Below are positions 28,638-38,637 of a stretch of DNA of 47,059 nucleotides, piece after piece. The position numbers and the translations under genes were made by a program. This stretch comes from Rhodopirellula sp. GTDB lineage: Bacteria > Planctomycetota > Planctomycetia > Pirellulales > Pirellulaceae. The notes below the pieces were generated by a model. That model was not told the origin of the DNA. It saw only the letters and a program-made list of their open reading frames with translations, and searched no databases. Location of the stretch: positions 1 through 47,059 of the forward strand of contig JBDNIG010000318.1 in NCBI GenBank assembly GCA_041688415.1, read 5' to 3'. The stretch's first letter is position 1. Every line of letters begins with the position of its first letter.

Positions 28638-30744
28638 CAAACTCATGCCGGGGATCAGCGTCGATTACTCTGGCGACGGGCGCAGCACGCGGTCGAACGA
28701 CATGGGCATGCGGCCGATGCAGCAACGTGTCTGGCAATTTCGCGGCGAGCAATACTTGCTGCTGAAGTCACCGCCGGCCTCGGGCAAGAGTCGGGCGTTG
28801 ATGTTCGTTGCGCTCGACAAACTGCACCGCCAAGGTTTGAAGCAAGCAATCGTCGTTGTGCCGGAGAAGTCAATCGGCGCGAGCTTTGCTGACACATCGC
28901 TGAAAGAGCATGGTTTCTTCACCGACTGGGATGTCTCGCCGAGATGGAACTTGTGCAACGCACCGGGTACCGATGGAGGTAAGGTCGACGCGGTGGGGCG
29001 GTTTCTGGCGGCCAGCCCTCCCCTCGCTGATGCTCGGCCGTCCCAAGGGGAGGATGAACCCAATCGCATACTCGTTTGCACGCACGCGACATTTCGTCTC
29101 GCGTTTGAAAAGTTCGGCGTGGAAGCGTTCGATGATCGCGTAATCGCGGTCGATGAATTCCACCACGTTTCGGTCCATGAAGACAACCGGCTGGGCGAGT
29201 ACGTGCGTCAACTGATCGAACGTGACAAGGCTCACTTGATCGCGATGACGGGCAGCTACTTCCGCGGTGACGCTGCTGCGGTATTGATGCCTGAGGACGA
29301 ACGCCGCTTTGAAACGGTAACGTACACGTACTACGAGCAACTCGGTGGCTACAAGTACCTCAAGAAGCTGGACATCGGTTACTACTTCTATTCGGGCAGC
29401 TACGTCGACGACTTGCCCAAGGTGCTCGACGAAAACGAAAAGACGATCATTCATATTCCCAACGTGAACAGCCGCGAAAGCACGCAGGACAAGCACAAAG
29501 AGGTCGAGCACATTCTGGAAACGCTCGGGGAGTGGCAGGGCACGGATGAGACGACGGGTTTCCAGTTGGTGAAAACATCGACCGGCCGGGTGTTGCGGAT
29601 CGCCGATCTTGTCGACGATGAACCGATTAAACGGGAAAGGGTCGCCAGTTCGCTGCGTGATCCCGCTGGTCGCGAGGACCGTGATCACGTTGACATCATC
29701 ATCGCGCTGGGCATGGCGAAGGAAGGTTTTGACTGGATCTGGTGCGAACACGCACTGACGATTGGTTATCGAAGCAGTTTGACGGAGATCGTGCAAATTA
29801 TTGGTCGTGCGACTCGGGACTCGCCGGGCAAGACGCGGGCACGCTTCACGAATTTGATCGCTGAGCCTGACGCTGGTGAACAAGCTGTTACCGAAGCGGT
29901 CAACGATACGTTGAAGGCGATCGCGGCGAGCTTGCTGATGGAGCAGGTATTGGCTCCACGATTTGAGTTTCGCCCGAAGAAGCCATCTAATCCGGAGACT
30001 GGAGCCAGCGGGCAGCAGGAAGGGTTTGACTACGGGCCCGATGGCTACGACGACGATGGCTGCAACGTCGGTGTCAACGCTGCGACGGGCGAGGTGCAAG
30101 TCGAGATTAACGGGCTGGCGGAACCCGAGAGCGAAGAGGCGACAAGGATTTGCCAGGAAGACCTCAATGAGGTCATTGCAAGCTTCGTCCAGGATACGCG
30201 AACGGTCCAGGATGGTTTGTTCAATTACGACATGCCGCCGCAGGAAACGACGCAGCAAAAGATGGGCAAGATCATCCGCGACAAGTACCCGGATCTTTCT
30301 GAGCAGGATCAGGAAGCGATTCGCCAACGAGCGGTGGCCGCGTTGAATTTGATCCAACAGGGCGGGCAGCGTGTGACTGGCGGCGGTAACGACGGCCGTT
30401 CGTCGTCCAGTACCGCGTTGATTGATGGCATTCGTCGCTACGTGACCGACGTTCGCGATTTGAATGTTGACTTGATCGACTCGATTAACCCGTTCGGGGA
30501 GGCATACAACATCCTGGCCAAGACGATGAACGAAGATCGGCTGCGTCAGGTGCAATCGGCGATCGCGGGCCGGCGAGTGCAGTTGTCGCCCGAGGAGGCT
30601 CGTGACTTGGCGAAACGTGCGTTAAAGTTCAAGCAGCAGCGAGGCAGACTGCCGTCGCTTACCAGCCAAGACGCTTGGGAACGACGGATGGCCGAGGGCA
30701 TCGCATACTTAGCTCGCATGAAACAGGAGAGGTCCAGTGGGTAA
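28621..30744 (+). CDS. YeeB-like superfamily II helicase
   Basis: Walker A SPPASGKS; DEFHH; AMTGSYFRGD; GMAKEGFDW; QIIGRATRD. Confidence 0.9.
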   Translation: MNQKPSKLMPGISVDYSGDGRSTRSNDMGMRPMQQRVWQFRGEQYLLLKSPPASGKSRALMFVALDKLHRQGLKQAIVVVPEKSIGASFADTSLKEHGFFTDWDVSPRWNLCNAPGTDGGKVDAVGRFLAASPPLADARPSQGEDEPNRILVCTHATFRLAFEKFGVEAFDDRVIAVDEFHHVSVHEDNRLGEYVRQLIERDKAHLIAMTGSYFRGDAAAVLMPEDERRFETVTYTYYEQLGGYKYLKKLDIGYYFYSGSYVDDLPKVLDENEKTIIHIPNVNSRESTQDKHKEVEHILETLGEWQGTDETTGFQLVKTSTGRVLRIADLVDDEPIKRERVASSLRDPAGREDRDHVDIIIALGMAKEGFDWIWCEHALTIGYRSSLTEIVQIIGRATRDSPGKTRARFTNLIAEPDAGEQAVTEAVNDTLKAIAASLLMEQVLAPRFEFRPKKPSNPETGASGQQEGFDYGPDGYDDDGCNVGVNAATGEVQVEINGLAEPESEEATRICQEDLNEVIASFVQDTRTVQDGLFNYDMPPQETTQQKMGKIIRDKYPDLSEQDQEAIRQRAVAALNLIQQGGQRVTGGGNDGRSSSSTALIDGIRRYVTDVRDLNVDLIDSINPFGEAYNILAKTMNEDRLRQVQSAIAGRRVQLSPEEARDLAKRALKFKQQRGRLPSLTSQDAWERRMAEGIAYLARMKQERSSG

Positions 30745-32008
30745 GAAAAAATCTGCCACCGCCGGGTTCACCGACGACGACGATGCGTTGCTCGCCGAGC
30801 TGGGCGTTGAAACGGAAGTGAAGAAGGCTCAAACCTACACGCCCAAACAAGAACGGATCATCGCCGGGTTCGAGGACATTCAGCGTTTTGCGCGCGAGCA
30901 TGACCGAACACCTCAGCACGGTGACAACCACGACATCTTCGAGCGATTGTATGCGGTGCGGCTGGACCGAATCTTGGCCGACGCGGAGTGTTTGGAATTG
31001 CTGCGGCCAATGGACGAAGACGATTTGTTGACCGATCGCGTTTCCGAGCCTGGCGAAGACTACGAGGTCAGCAGTGATGATGAACTGCTGGAGGCGTTGG
31101 GGGTCGGGCCAGTCGACGACGATATCACGACGATGAAGCACGTCCGGAGGGCATCGCAACGAAACGCGGATCGTACGTCGCCCGACGAGGTCGCTCAACG
31201 CAAACCTTGTGAGGACTTCGATGATTTCCGACCCGAGTTCGACGCGGTCCAGGCCGACATCGAAACAGGCCGGCAAACGACGGAACTTTACCGGACCAGC
31301 ACCCGAACGAAGATCGGTAAGGGCGATTGGTTTATTGTCGACGGCCAAAAAGCATTGGTCGCTGACGCTGATCAGTGGTTCATGCCTGAGCCGAACAAGC
31401 TAGGACAGAAGGTGGAGCGAGATCGTCGCTTGCGAGTGATTTTCGATAATGCAACCGAATCGGATTTGCTGTTGCGTTCGCTTCGTCGGGCGCTGCAAAA
31501 AGACGAGGCAAGCCGGCGAATCGTTCCACCGCAACCAGAAATCGACGAGGACTATACCGACGTCGGCCCGCTGTTTTCCGACTCGGCTGATGACGATGAC
31601 GCGGCATCGGGCACGATCTACGTCGCACGCAGCCTATCTGGTGACGCGTTCATCCGAGAGAACCGCGAAGTCTTGCACAAGATCGGCGTCACCGGCGGCG
31701 ATCCGGCAGTGCGTATCTCAGGAGCTAAAAAGGACCCGACGTTTCTGTTGGCCGAAGCTGAAATGGTGGCAACGTACAAGCTAGCGAATATCAACCGCAA
31801 AGCCCTCGAACAAATGCTACACAAATTCTTCGCCAAGGCCCGTCTCGACGTCGCCCTCGCTGACCGCTTCGGCGACAAGGTCCATCCGCGAGAATGGTTT
31901 CTCGTGCCGCTGCCGGTCGTCGCCGAAGTCGTAGACCGGATCAGGGACGGGACGATCGGACAGCACCGCTATGATCCAGGAACGGCAACGCTGCAACCGC
32001 GAAAGTGA
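30737..32008 (+). CDS. YeeC-like GIY-YIG (T5orf172) nuclease family protein
   Basis: ERIIAGFEDI; DIFERLYAVRL; RLRVIFDNATES; GTIYVARS...LHKIGVTG; PREWFLVPL. RBS aggagagg precedes the GTG. Confidence 0.88.
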   Translation: MGKKKSATAGFTDDDDALLAELGVETEVKKAQTYTPKQERIIAGFEDIQRFAREHDRTPQHGDNHDIFERLYAVRLDRILADAECLELLRPMDEDDLLTDRVSEPGEDYEVSSDDELLEALGVGPVDDDITTMKHVRRASQRNADRTSPDEVAQRKPCEDFDDFRPEFDAVQADIETGRQTTELYRTSTRTKIGKGDWFIVDGQKALVADADQWFMPEPNKLGQKVERDRRLRVIFDNATESDLLLRSLRRALQKDEASRRIVPPQPEIDEDYTDVGPLFSDSADDDDAASGTIYVARSLSGDAFIRENREVLHKIGVTGGDPAVRISGAKKDPTFLLAEAEMVATYKLANINRKALEQMLHKFFAKARLDVALADRFGDKVHPREWFLVPLPVVAEVVDRIRDGTIGQHRYDPGTATLQPRK

Positions 32009-32026
32009 CTGGACAGCGATCCTTTT

Positions 32027-32093
32027 GTGAGCGACAAGGCGTTAGCCACGGTTCTTTGCGGTTTCCACCGGCGGCTAGCGCCTTGCCGCTCAC
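32027..32093. repeat. REPIN-like inverted repeat
   Basis: gtgagcgacaaggcgttagccacgg / ccggcggctagcgccttgccgctcac. Confidence 0.75.
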
Positions 32094-32236
32094 TGGATTG
32101 GATCCCGGTATTGCTGTGTGGACTTAATAATAGCTATTCCGTCCATTCGGAATAGCTCATAAGCAGGTTTGGGAAACTGTTTCGGTTTATTAAGCAACTT
32201 TGGGTAATTCATTCCGCATAACGGAGTGCCACGTTT

Positions 32237-32300
32237 TCATAACCCGACGCGTTAGCGAGGGATGGCGGCGTGGATCCCTCGCTTACGCGTCGGGTTATGA
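32237..32300. repeat. REPIN-like inverted repeat
   Basis: tcataacccgacgcgttagcgagggat / atccctcgcttacgcgtcgggttatga, 1 mismatch in 27. Confidence 0.85.
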
Positions 32301-32356
32301 TTGTCGATTTCACCGCAATATTTCCCAGTATCTGCTTAGTGAATGCAAAAGTGCTT

Positions 32357-35300
32357 CTACGGTGTTAGGCTCAACAACCTGCCATCTTCCGTTGCCACTT
32401 TCAGCGCGTTTCCATCCACTGTCATTTGCGTAATCTTCGAGCTTTCCTCCTGTTGACGCAACAAGTTTCCTTTCGCATCGAAGGCATAGATATTGCCTTT
32501 TCGCGTTCCAACCACAACTGCCATCTCTGATTGCACTGGCATTGTGACAATCGCTGTGGCGGCATCGCCCAGTTGACGCAACCATCGCAATTCCCCAGCG
32601 GCGTCAAAACAATAGATATATCCGTTGTCGGAGGTAGCCAATATTTCGTCGATACTATCGCCATCCAAATCCGCAGTGACGACGTGTCGCACTTCGTCAC
32701 CCGTGTCATATTGCATGCGTTCTTTACCCTCGGAATCGGTGTAATACAGGGTGCCATCACCACCTCCGAAAATGACGCCGCGCGTTTTATTGCCGTCAAA
32801 ATTTCCGGTGGCAATGTCATAGCAAATGGGTGCCTTAAAACGCCGTCCCCATAATCTCTTGCCGTCGTGGCTGAGCGCCCAGGCGGTGTAATAGTGTGTT
32901 CCTGCAAGCACCTCCTTTTTGCCATCGCCATCTAAGTCAGCAATAGCACCCGATCTGGATGGATGCACCGTTTCGTATTGCCACAGTTCCTTTCCGGCGC
33001 CGTTATAGACGTAGAAACGCCAGTTCTGGCTACCAATGACCACTTCATCTTTACCATCACCATCGAGATCACCCATGCGCACTAAATTCACATAAGGTTG
33101 CACACGATAAAACGACAACTTCTGGCTCCATAACTCTTTACCGCTGGCATCAAGCAGCGTCGTCTTTCCATCTTGGCGGGCAATGGCGATTTCATCGATA
33201 CCGTCTCCCTCCACCTCGCCAGCTGTCACATCGTTGAGCTGCGTGGGAAACACCTTGCTCCATAACACTTCACCCTGCGGCGAAATCGCCATCAAATTAC
33301 CTTCCGCTGTGGACGCCAAAAGTACTTTTGGCGCGTCCTTCTTCAATTGCGCGGTCGTCAGCTTGGTGCAGGTGAAAGCAGCGGGACTAAGACTCCAAGC
33401 GGTTTGAAACGCCGCCGCCTTATATTCCGGTTCTAGATTCGCAATGGGCGGAGCAAGAGCGACTTTATCTCCGGAGGCGTTCGCTTCAAAAGTACTTTTA
33501 GAAGGTTCATTGGTCCGTGATTCCGAAAATACCGTTTTGCCTGGCGTGTTTAGCAGTTCGACGCTGTCGTCTTTCAGTTGCACTTGGAGCGTTTGATCTC
33601 CCGTATTCAATCGCACGCCTTCATAGCCTTTCAAGAAATCCATTTCCCAGGCGTTTGCCTCACCGTCTGGCTTGCCCTGAAAAACCGTAGCAAATAAATA
33701 ATGTTGCCCTTTTTCCAAACGCATCCTTGCCGTGGCGTCCATCGAACGTACCACCGGATCCGCGTTTTTATATCCCGCCCAATTTCTGCCGCCTAATTCT
33801 GCATTATTAATGAGTTGCAACTTGGGTCCCTTGGCAACCTGAACCCACATCGAAGGACCTTTTTGGGTGAGGAACATTCCATCCTCCGTCAATTCCGCGG
33901 CACCAATGCCATGCCACAACAGACGACATTGAAATTCACCACTTTCCTGCGCTGTCACTTTATCCAGCACCATAAACGCCTTTTTATCTTTGAGCCAAAT
34001 GACGTAGCGGTCCCAATCCGCACCTGAATAATTGGCGAGTTGCGTATGGCTGTAACCGTAGTTCTCCGCGTCTCCATATCCCAGCAGCGCCGCGTAGGCT
34101 GGTAATTCGGACGCTCCGCCATCTCGCAAAATCTGCAGGGAATTGTGATACTTCACTTGAGATTTAAAATAATCGTTATCCGCCAGCCAAATGCGATCAA
34201 ACTGTGTCAGTTGCTCCACACTGTTACCATCACGATGACCATGACCGCCGTTATTGAGGCCGTCCAGCAACAGATAAGGCGAATTCACATCGAACGAATC
34301 ACGGAATGATACTTTGTCGAAAAGCTGATCGTCTGCCGGTCTGGGATCGACAGGAAAGGTGTTCACATACGCCGGTTCCAGTGGCCACATCTTCACACCA
34401 TCAAATCCAGATGGAGACTGCACCGGAGCGGCGCGTTGGAAATTGTAGAGCCGGAACGAATTACGCCCCGTCTGTTTGAGCGTACTCGCCCATAAAGCGG
34501 CCTTGTTTCCAGTTGCGTAGGCCACCGCATTCAAGACAGTCTGTTCCGAAGTCGAGCCCGTCCACGCCCCCGTGTCACCATAGGGAACCTGGTAACCGAG
34601 GTTGTTCATAGTGGCAATGCAATAGTCGGACATGCGTTCCGCATTGCCATTATCAAAAACGGTAAAATCGGGACGCGCTAAAGCGTAGCGCATGACATGG
34701 CCATCGGTGAGCCATTGATAGGTATTACAGTCTTCGTAACATTTAAAGAAATTTTGCTGATTTCCAAAAACGCGCTCCGCCTTCGCCAGCCATCTCCCGC
34801 CCTCCACTGCATCAGGATAGCCCTCAGAGAAATATAAGCCCGCGCGCAAAACCCCCAATGTCGGAAATGTTTGGTGGTTGAACGCAACGCGTCCGGGCGT
34901 CATTCTGGCTTTTACCACCACCGCTTCGCGCAGCCAGCGAGCCATGTTCCGCGTGACCCGCAACCGTTCAGCATCTGTCAGAGCAAGGTCCTCCTCCATG
35001 TTATCCCAACCACTGACGACTTCATAGGATGGGAAATCACTATCGAATCCCCACATGCCGCCACCCATTTGGCTAGGGTCCTTGACCGCGCTTTTAGCAT
35101 ACATGTCCCACAGCGCCACATACAGTTTGGCCTCGTCGCTATTGCCTGAGAGTTGATATCGCAGCGCGGTGTCTCTTAGCAAGCCGGCAATCGACGTGTG
35201 TCTGCCGGTATCCAAGATTTCTTGACCGCGTTTTAATCCCACCGCGACAGTGTTGGGATTCTTCTTTTCGATCCATCGATGGCGACGCAGGAATTCCGCG

Positions 35301-36394
35301 CCATATTTGGCATCTTGAAACTTGGGGAACGAAAGTACTCTTTCAGTAAAATTACTTTTACTGATCTTTTGCACAAAGGCATCCGCGGCTAATCGAAGCC
35401 CAGCGTCATCGGAGGCACCAACGACAATCGCGCCATGTCCATTACCAAATGGATCATGCACCGTTTGCAATAGATAGCCTGCGGGACCTGGACAAATGGC
35501 ATCAACCGGTGTGAATCGACGCGAGTATAAAAGCAACATCGCGGGATTATCGAAAACATTTCCAAGTAAAATCACATTCTCGTTGAATTCGCGATCTGCT
35601 GTCGTGCCCGGACGCATTTTCAACGAAACCCCCGTTTTCTCCTGGACAGCTTTTACAATCTGAGTAGCAGTACTTCTGCCCACGGCAGAATCGGGATACA
35701 AAACCGTGGCGAAGTTATTGTTGTTCACAACCGGTATCGTACGCATCAGTTTCTTGGGCGCCGTCACGTCATCAAGCCCAACAGCCGGTGGCAACGTGTG
35801 CAGGTTACTGATCTGCAAATCGAGGGGCGCGTGTTCCTTTCTTGTGCCGATGATGAATTCAATACGATCAATGTTGGTAGGATGCCGGTTTTCAACAACG
35901 GCCGGTTCCGGCGTCAGACTGTTGTCACGCCCATTTTCCTGAAAGCGAAACGTTTTCCAGTCAGTAGTTAGTTCGCCCGTCCAAGAGGAGAATGACAAGC
36001 TCGGCTTCTTTTCATCCTTATTATAAGCTCGCACGTAAAGAGCCAACGTGTTCTCCGGTTGAGTGGAACGCGCATCGATGGCAATTTGTTTATTCGTCAG
36101 ATCCAAGGTTTTTCCGAGCGACACCATGATGCCAAAATATTGGCTGCCGCTTGCATTGGAGCTTTTGACACTGCTAGCCGCAGAAAGCTCCACAGCCCCG
36201 TCACCATGAGTGCCACTGGGGATCACTTTGAGCTTGGAGTTGGTAGAACCACCCATGCTATGTTTGATTCCGTCAAGGCTATTCAAGGAAAGTACTTTTC
36301 CATGCTGTGCGAGCGCCTGCGGCAACCTTGCAGTTGCCAAGCACGCCGTCACCAACAAGCAACTAAATAACTTCGCTATTTTTATGTTCATCAT
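32357..36394 (-). CDS. Large exported protein: heparinase II/III-like (polysaccharide lyase-type) domain plus C-terminal FG-GAP/PQQ-like beta-propeller
   Basis: Signal peptide MMNIKIAKLFSCLLVTACLA...ALA; AFNHQ; PYGD; GGHGHRDGNS; YHNSL; repeated DLDGDG.DE and G.ELW motifs. Visibly lower GC than the flanks. Confidence 0.7.
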   Translation of the reverse strand: MMNIKIAKLFSCLLVTACLATARLPQALAQHGKVLSLNSLDGIKHSMGGSTNSKLKVIPSGTHGDGAVELSAASSVKSSNASGSQYFGIMVSLGKTLDLTNKQIAIDARSTQPENTLALYVRAYNKDEKKPSLSFSSWTGELTTDWKTFRFQENGRDNSLTPEPAVVENRHPTNIDRIEFIIGTRKEHAPLDLQISNLHTLPPAVGLDDVTAPKKLMRTIPVVNNNNFATVLYPDSAVGRSTATQIVKAVQEKTGVSLKMRPGTTADREFNENVILLGNVFDNPAMLLLYSRRFTPVDAICPGPAGYLLQTVHDPFGNGHGAIVVGASDDAGLRLAADAFVQKISKSNFTERVLSFPKFQDAKYGAEFLRRHRWIEKKNPNTVAVGLKRGQEILDTGRHTSIAGLLRDTALRYQLSGNSDEAKLYVALWDMYAKSAVKDPSQMGGGMWGFDSDFPSYEVVSGWDNMEEDLALTDAERLRVTRNMARWLREAVVVKARMTPGRVAFNHQTFPTLGVLRAGLYFSEGYPDAVEGGRWLAKAERVFGNQQNFFKCYEDCNTYQWLTDGHVMRYALARPDFTVFDNGNAERMSDYCIATMNNLGYQVPYGDTGAWTGSTSEQTVLNAVAYATGNKAALWASTLKQTGRNSFRLYNFQRAAPVQSPSGFDGVKMWPLEPAYVNTFPVDPRPADDQLFDKVSFRDSFDVNSPYLLLDGLNNGGHGHRDGNSVEQLTQFDRIWLADNDYFKSQVKYHNSLQILRDGGASELPAYAALLGYGDAENYGYSHTQLANYSGADWDRYVIWLKDKKAFMVLDKVTAQESGEFQCRLLWHGIGAAELTEDGMFLTQKGPSMWVQVAKGPKLQLINNAELGGRNWAGYKNADPVVRSMDATARMRLEKGQHYLFATVFQGKPDGEANAWEMDFLKGYEGVRLNTGDQTLQVQLKDDSVELLNTPGKTVFSESRTNEPSKSTFEANASGDKVALAPPIANLEPEYKAAAFQTAWSLSPAAFTCTKLTTAQLKKDAPKVLLASTAEGNLMAISPQGEVLWSKVFPTQLNDVTAGEVEGDGIDEIAIARQDGKTTLLDASGKELWSQKLSFYRVQPYVNLVRMGDLDGDGKDEVVIGSQNWRFYVYNGAGKELWQYETVHPSRSGAIADLDGDGKKEVLAGTHYYTAWALSHDGKRLWGRRFKAPICYDIATGNFDGNKTRGVIFGGGDGTLYYTDSEGKERMQYDTGDEVRHVVTADLDGDSIDEILATSDNGYIYCFDAAGELRWLRQLGDAATAIVTMPVQSEMAVVVGTRKGNIYAFDAKGNLLRQQEESSKITQMTVDGNALKVATEDGRLLSLTP

Positions 36395-36658
36395 CAATGC
36401 TATCTTTTCTGCTCGATCCCGAATGATTCGCCACGAACATCTGAGGTGAAGAGCCCCAACGCGATGGGCAAGGTATAACGTAACTCCGCTTGAGCCACAA
36501 TTCAATCGTTAGGGCAACGTTCAAGCCAGCAATCACCGAGTTACTTCCAGCGCAGGCGCGTTCGGCTGCTGGAAAATTCCGGTTCAGGCAATACCTTGCT
36601 GGCGAGGGGGGAGGGCTGACTCGCCAGCGAAGTTTGCTGCCATCGCTTCGATCAAGAA

Positions 36659-37486
36659 TTGCTGTGCATTTCGGTTTTGCAAGCGGCAGGTTCACTCTTG
36701 GCAGAACAACAGATCGGTCTCGAAGAATTTCTCTCACAGCGACCGGGATTGTGGAGGAAAGGCGAGGCTCGTCCGATACGCGAGCCGAAGCCAATGCGTA
36801 CGCGTGACTACCGAACTCGCCCCGATCGATTTGAAGGCGACTGGACGACAGTCCTTGGTAGCTTGAAAAAGAGCCAGACGCAGCGCCTCGTCGCTGCGTG
36901 CAAGTGGCTTGCTGACGACCTGGGCATGACCGGAAAACCGGCAGCCCGGCAGGAACCGGCGCCGATGGTCCGGTCGATCCGACTGGAACCCGTGCCAGAC
37001 GTTGCGTCGGACACATTCGGCGAACTTGCCGAGCGTTGCTTTTTCTGCAATGCGCCTCGAGAGATGGCACGCGAGGGTGCGGAAACGGTGGTCACCCGGT
37101 ACACGCCCGAGGCGAACGTCTTGACGACATTCTTCAAGCGGCTTGACCGGGCGGGTTTGACGCGGTGGCCCGATGCGTTTCAGAACCTACGCCGAAGCCG
37201 CGAAACGGAATTGATGGCCGTGCTTCCGATTAAGGACGTTGGATTGTGGATAGGCAATAGCGTCCCAGTGGCGATGCGGCGCTACGCAATGGCGATGGAA
37301 GATTCGTTTAGCCGGGCGGTCATGGAAGGGGCGATTGAGGTGTCAAGAAAAACACCCCACTCGATGCCGCTAAATAGCAATCACGGGCAATCAGCGGAAC
37401 GACCGGATGCGGAAAAACCACGAAAAAACCCGCCTCTGATTCTCACGGAGGCGGGTTTCAGCTACCCCGCTAGGACTCGAACCTAG
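36659..37486 (+). pseudogene. Internally deleted tyrosine recombinase/integrase remnant
   Basis: C-terminal RAGLTRWPDAFQNLRRSRETEL...WIGNS..VAMRRY matches planctomycete integrase box II and the catalytic Tyr region. No intact box I; abuts the tRNA 3' end. Confidence 0.7.
37423..37458 (-). terminator. Intrinsic terminator-like hairpin downstream of tRNA-Gln
   Basis: Stem aaacccgcctc / gaggcgggttt, followed by T6 on the minus strand. Confidence 0.65.
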
Positions 37487-37533
37487 AATGGCTGGACCAA
37501 AACCAGCTGTGTTGCCAATTACACCACGGGGTA
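37462..37533 (-). tRNA. tRNA-Gln(TTG)
   Basis: TACCCCG TGGTGTAATTGGCAACACA GCTGG TT TTG GT CCAGC CATT CTAGG TTCGAGT CCTAG CGGGGTA G forms a complete cloverleaf; CCA is not encoded. Confidence 0.96.
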
Positions 37534-37678
37534 GTGATGGCGAGGAATTGCTGTGAATTCCTCGTGGTGGGGGAGTTTAGCATTCGGGTGCGAGTTTCTA
37601 AAGAGGACTCTGGCAGTTTCTGGGCCGTTGGTTGGAAATTTTTCCATTTGATTGCGATTTTGCCGGATTCTGGCACGG

Positions 37679-38520
37679 CTAGCTCATCAACGCCGTCACC
37701 GCCTGGCCTTTGACTAGCTCGCGGGGTTGGTCGAGCAAGTAGCTCTGGCCGAACGTGTTGCGTCCATACGCATCTCGCAACACTTCCTCTCGTCGCGTGA
37801 ACTGAGGTCGTCGGTGCGGATGCGATCCATTTTGTCCATCGACATGTCATCGCCGCTGGGGTAGAGCGTGTAGGGATCGAAGGCTTTGCCCAAAAAGCCT
37901 GCCGTACCGCCTTTGCCGATCACGTTGGATTCCTGCAGCGGTCGCGGCAGCATCACGAACGGCAGCATCGGTTCGTCGATCGACCGCATCTTGACGATGT
38001 TGCTGCCGAAATTTGGGAAGTCCTTGGGTGAGGGTGGTTCGAGTTGTCCCGACGGGCTGACTTTGTCGGTCGTGTACCCGGTCATCATCTGATAGATCGC
38101 CGCGGTATGATTGAACAAACCGTTGGGCGTGTAGGACATCGAACGCACCGTGTTGAAGCGGTCGTTGATCTGGCTCAGCCGCGGCAAATTTTCGGTGAAC
38201 TTCACGCCCAGGATTTTCGTGCTGATCGGTGCGAACTGACTGCGTACGTTATCGGGCAAGTGCTCTTTGGGATCCCAGAGATCGAGCTGGCTCGGGCCGC
38301 CTTGCAGGTACACCATGATGATCGATTTGGCACCGTTCCAACCGGGACCACCCGATTTCTCAGCCGCGTTCGACTCAGCGTTCGCGGACTGCAGTCGCAA
38401 CAATTGTGGTAGCGATAGACCGAGCATCCCGGCGCCACCAACGCGCAGAAAACTGCGCCGCGTCGATCCGAGCTGAGGATCACAGAGATCTTTGCCGGCC
38501 GAGCCTTTGAATGACAACAT
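37679..38520 (-). pseudogene. DUF1501 family protein, internally deleted and frameshifted
   Basis: Tat-like TRRSFLRVG; [15 protein letters not shown]; VRSM; HTAA. After DDLS another frame gives [13 protein letters not shown] joined directly to the C-terminal [17 protein letters not shown]. Confidence 0.85.
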
Positions 38521-38536
38521 GGGAGTTCCTTTTTTG

Positions 38537-38634
38537 AGCTACTAGCTACTAGCTACTAGCTACTAGCTTCTGGGAAGTGGGAAGTGGGAAGGAAATAACA
38601 AAAGCTAGCAGCTAATAGCTAATAGCTAATAGCT
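38537..38634. repeat. Composite heptamer repeats (AGCTACT)n (GGGAAGT)n (AGCTAAT)n
   Basis: Read directly; the outer tracts are imperfectly complementary to each other. Confidence 0.85.
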
Positions 38635-38637
38635 TCC

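Noticed and set aside
28870-30555. 561-aa antisense ORF, and similar ones at 41396-42346, 19526-20254 and 24811-25533
   Set aside because: Shadow ORFs opposite well-supported genes in GC-rich DNA, with no motifs.
22420-32356. Second att site (copy of the tRNA-Gln 3' end)
   Set aside because: Not found by eye in the intergenic stretches; the island boundary is left uncertain.
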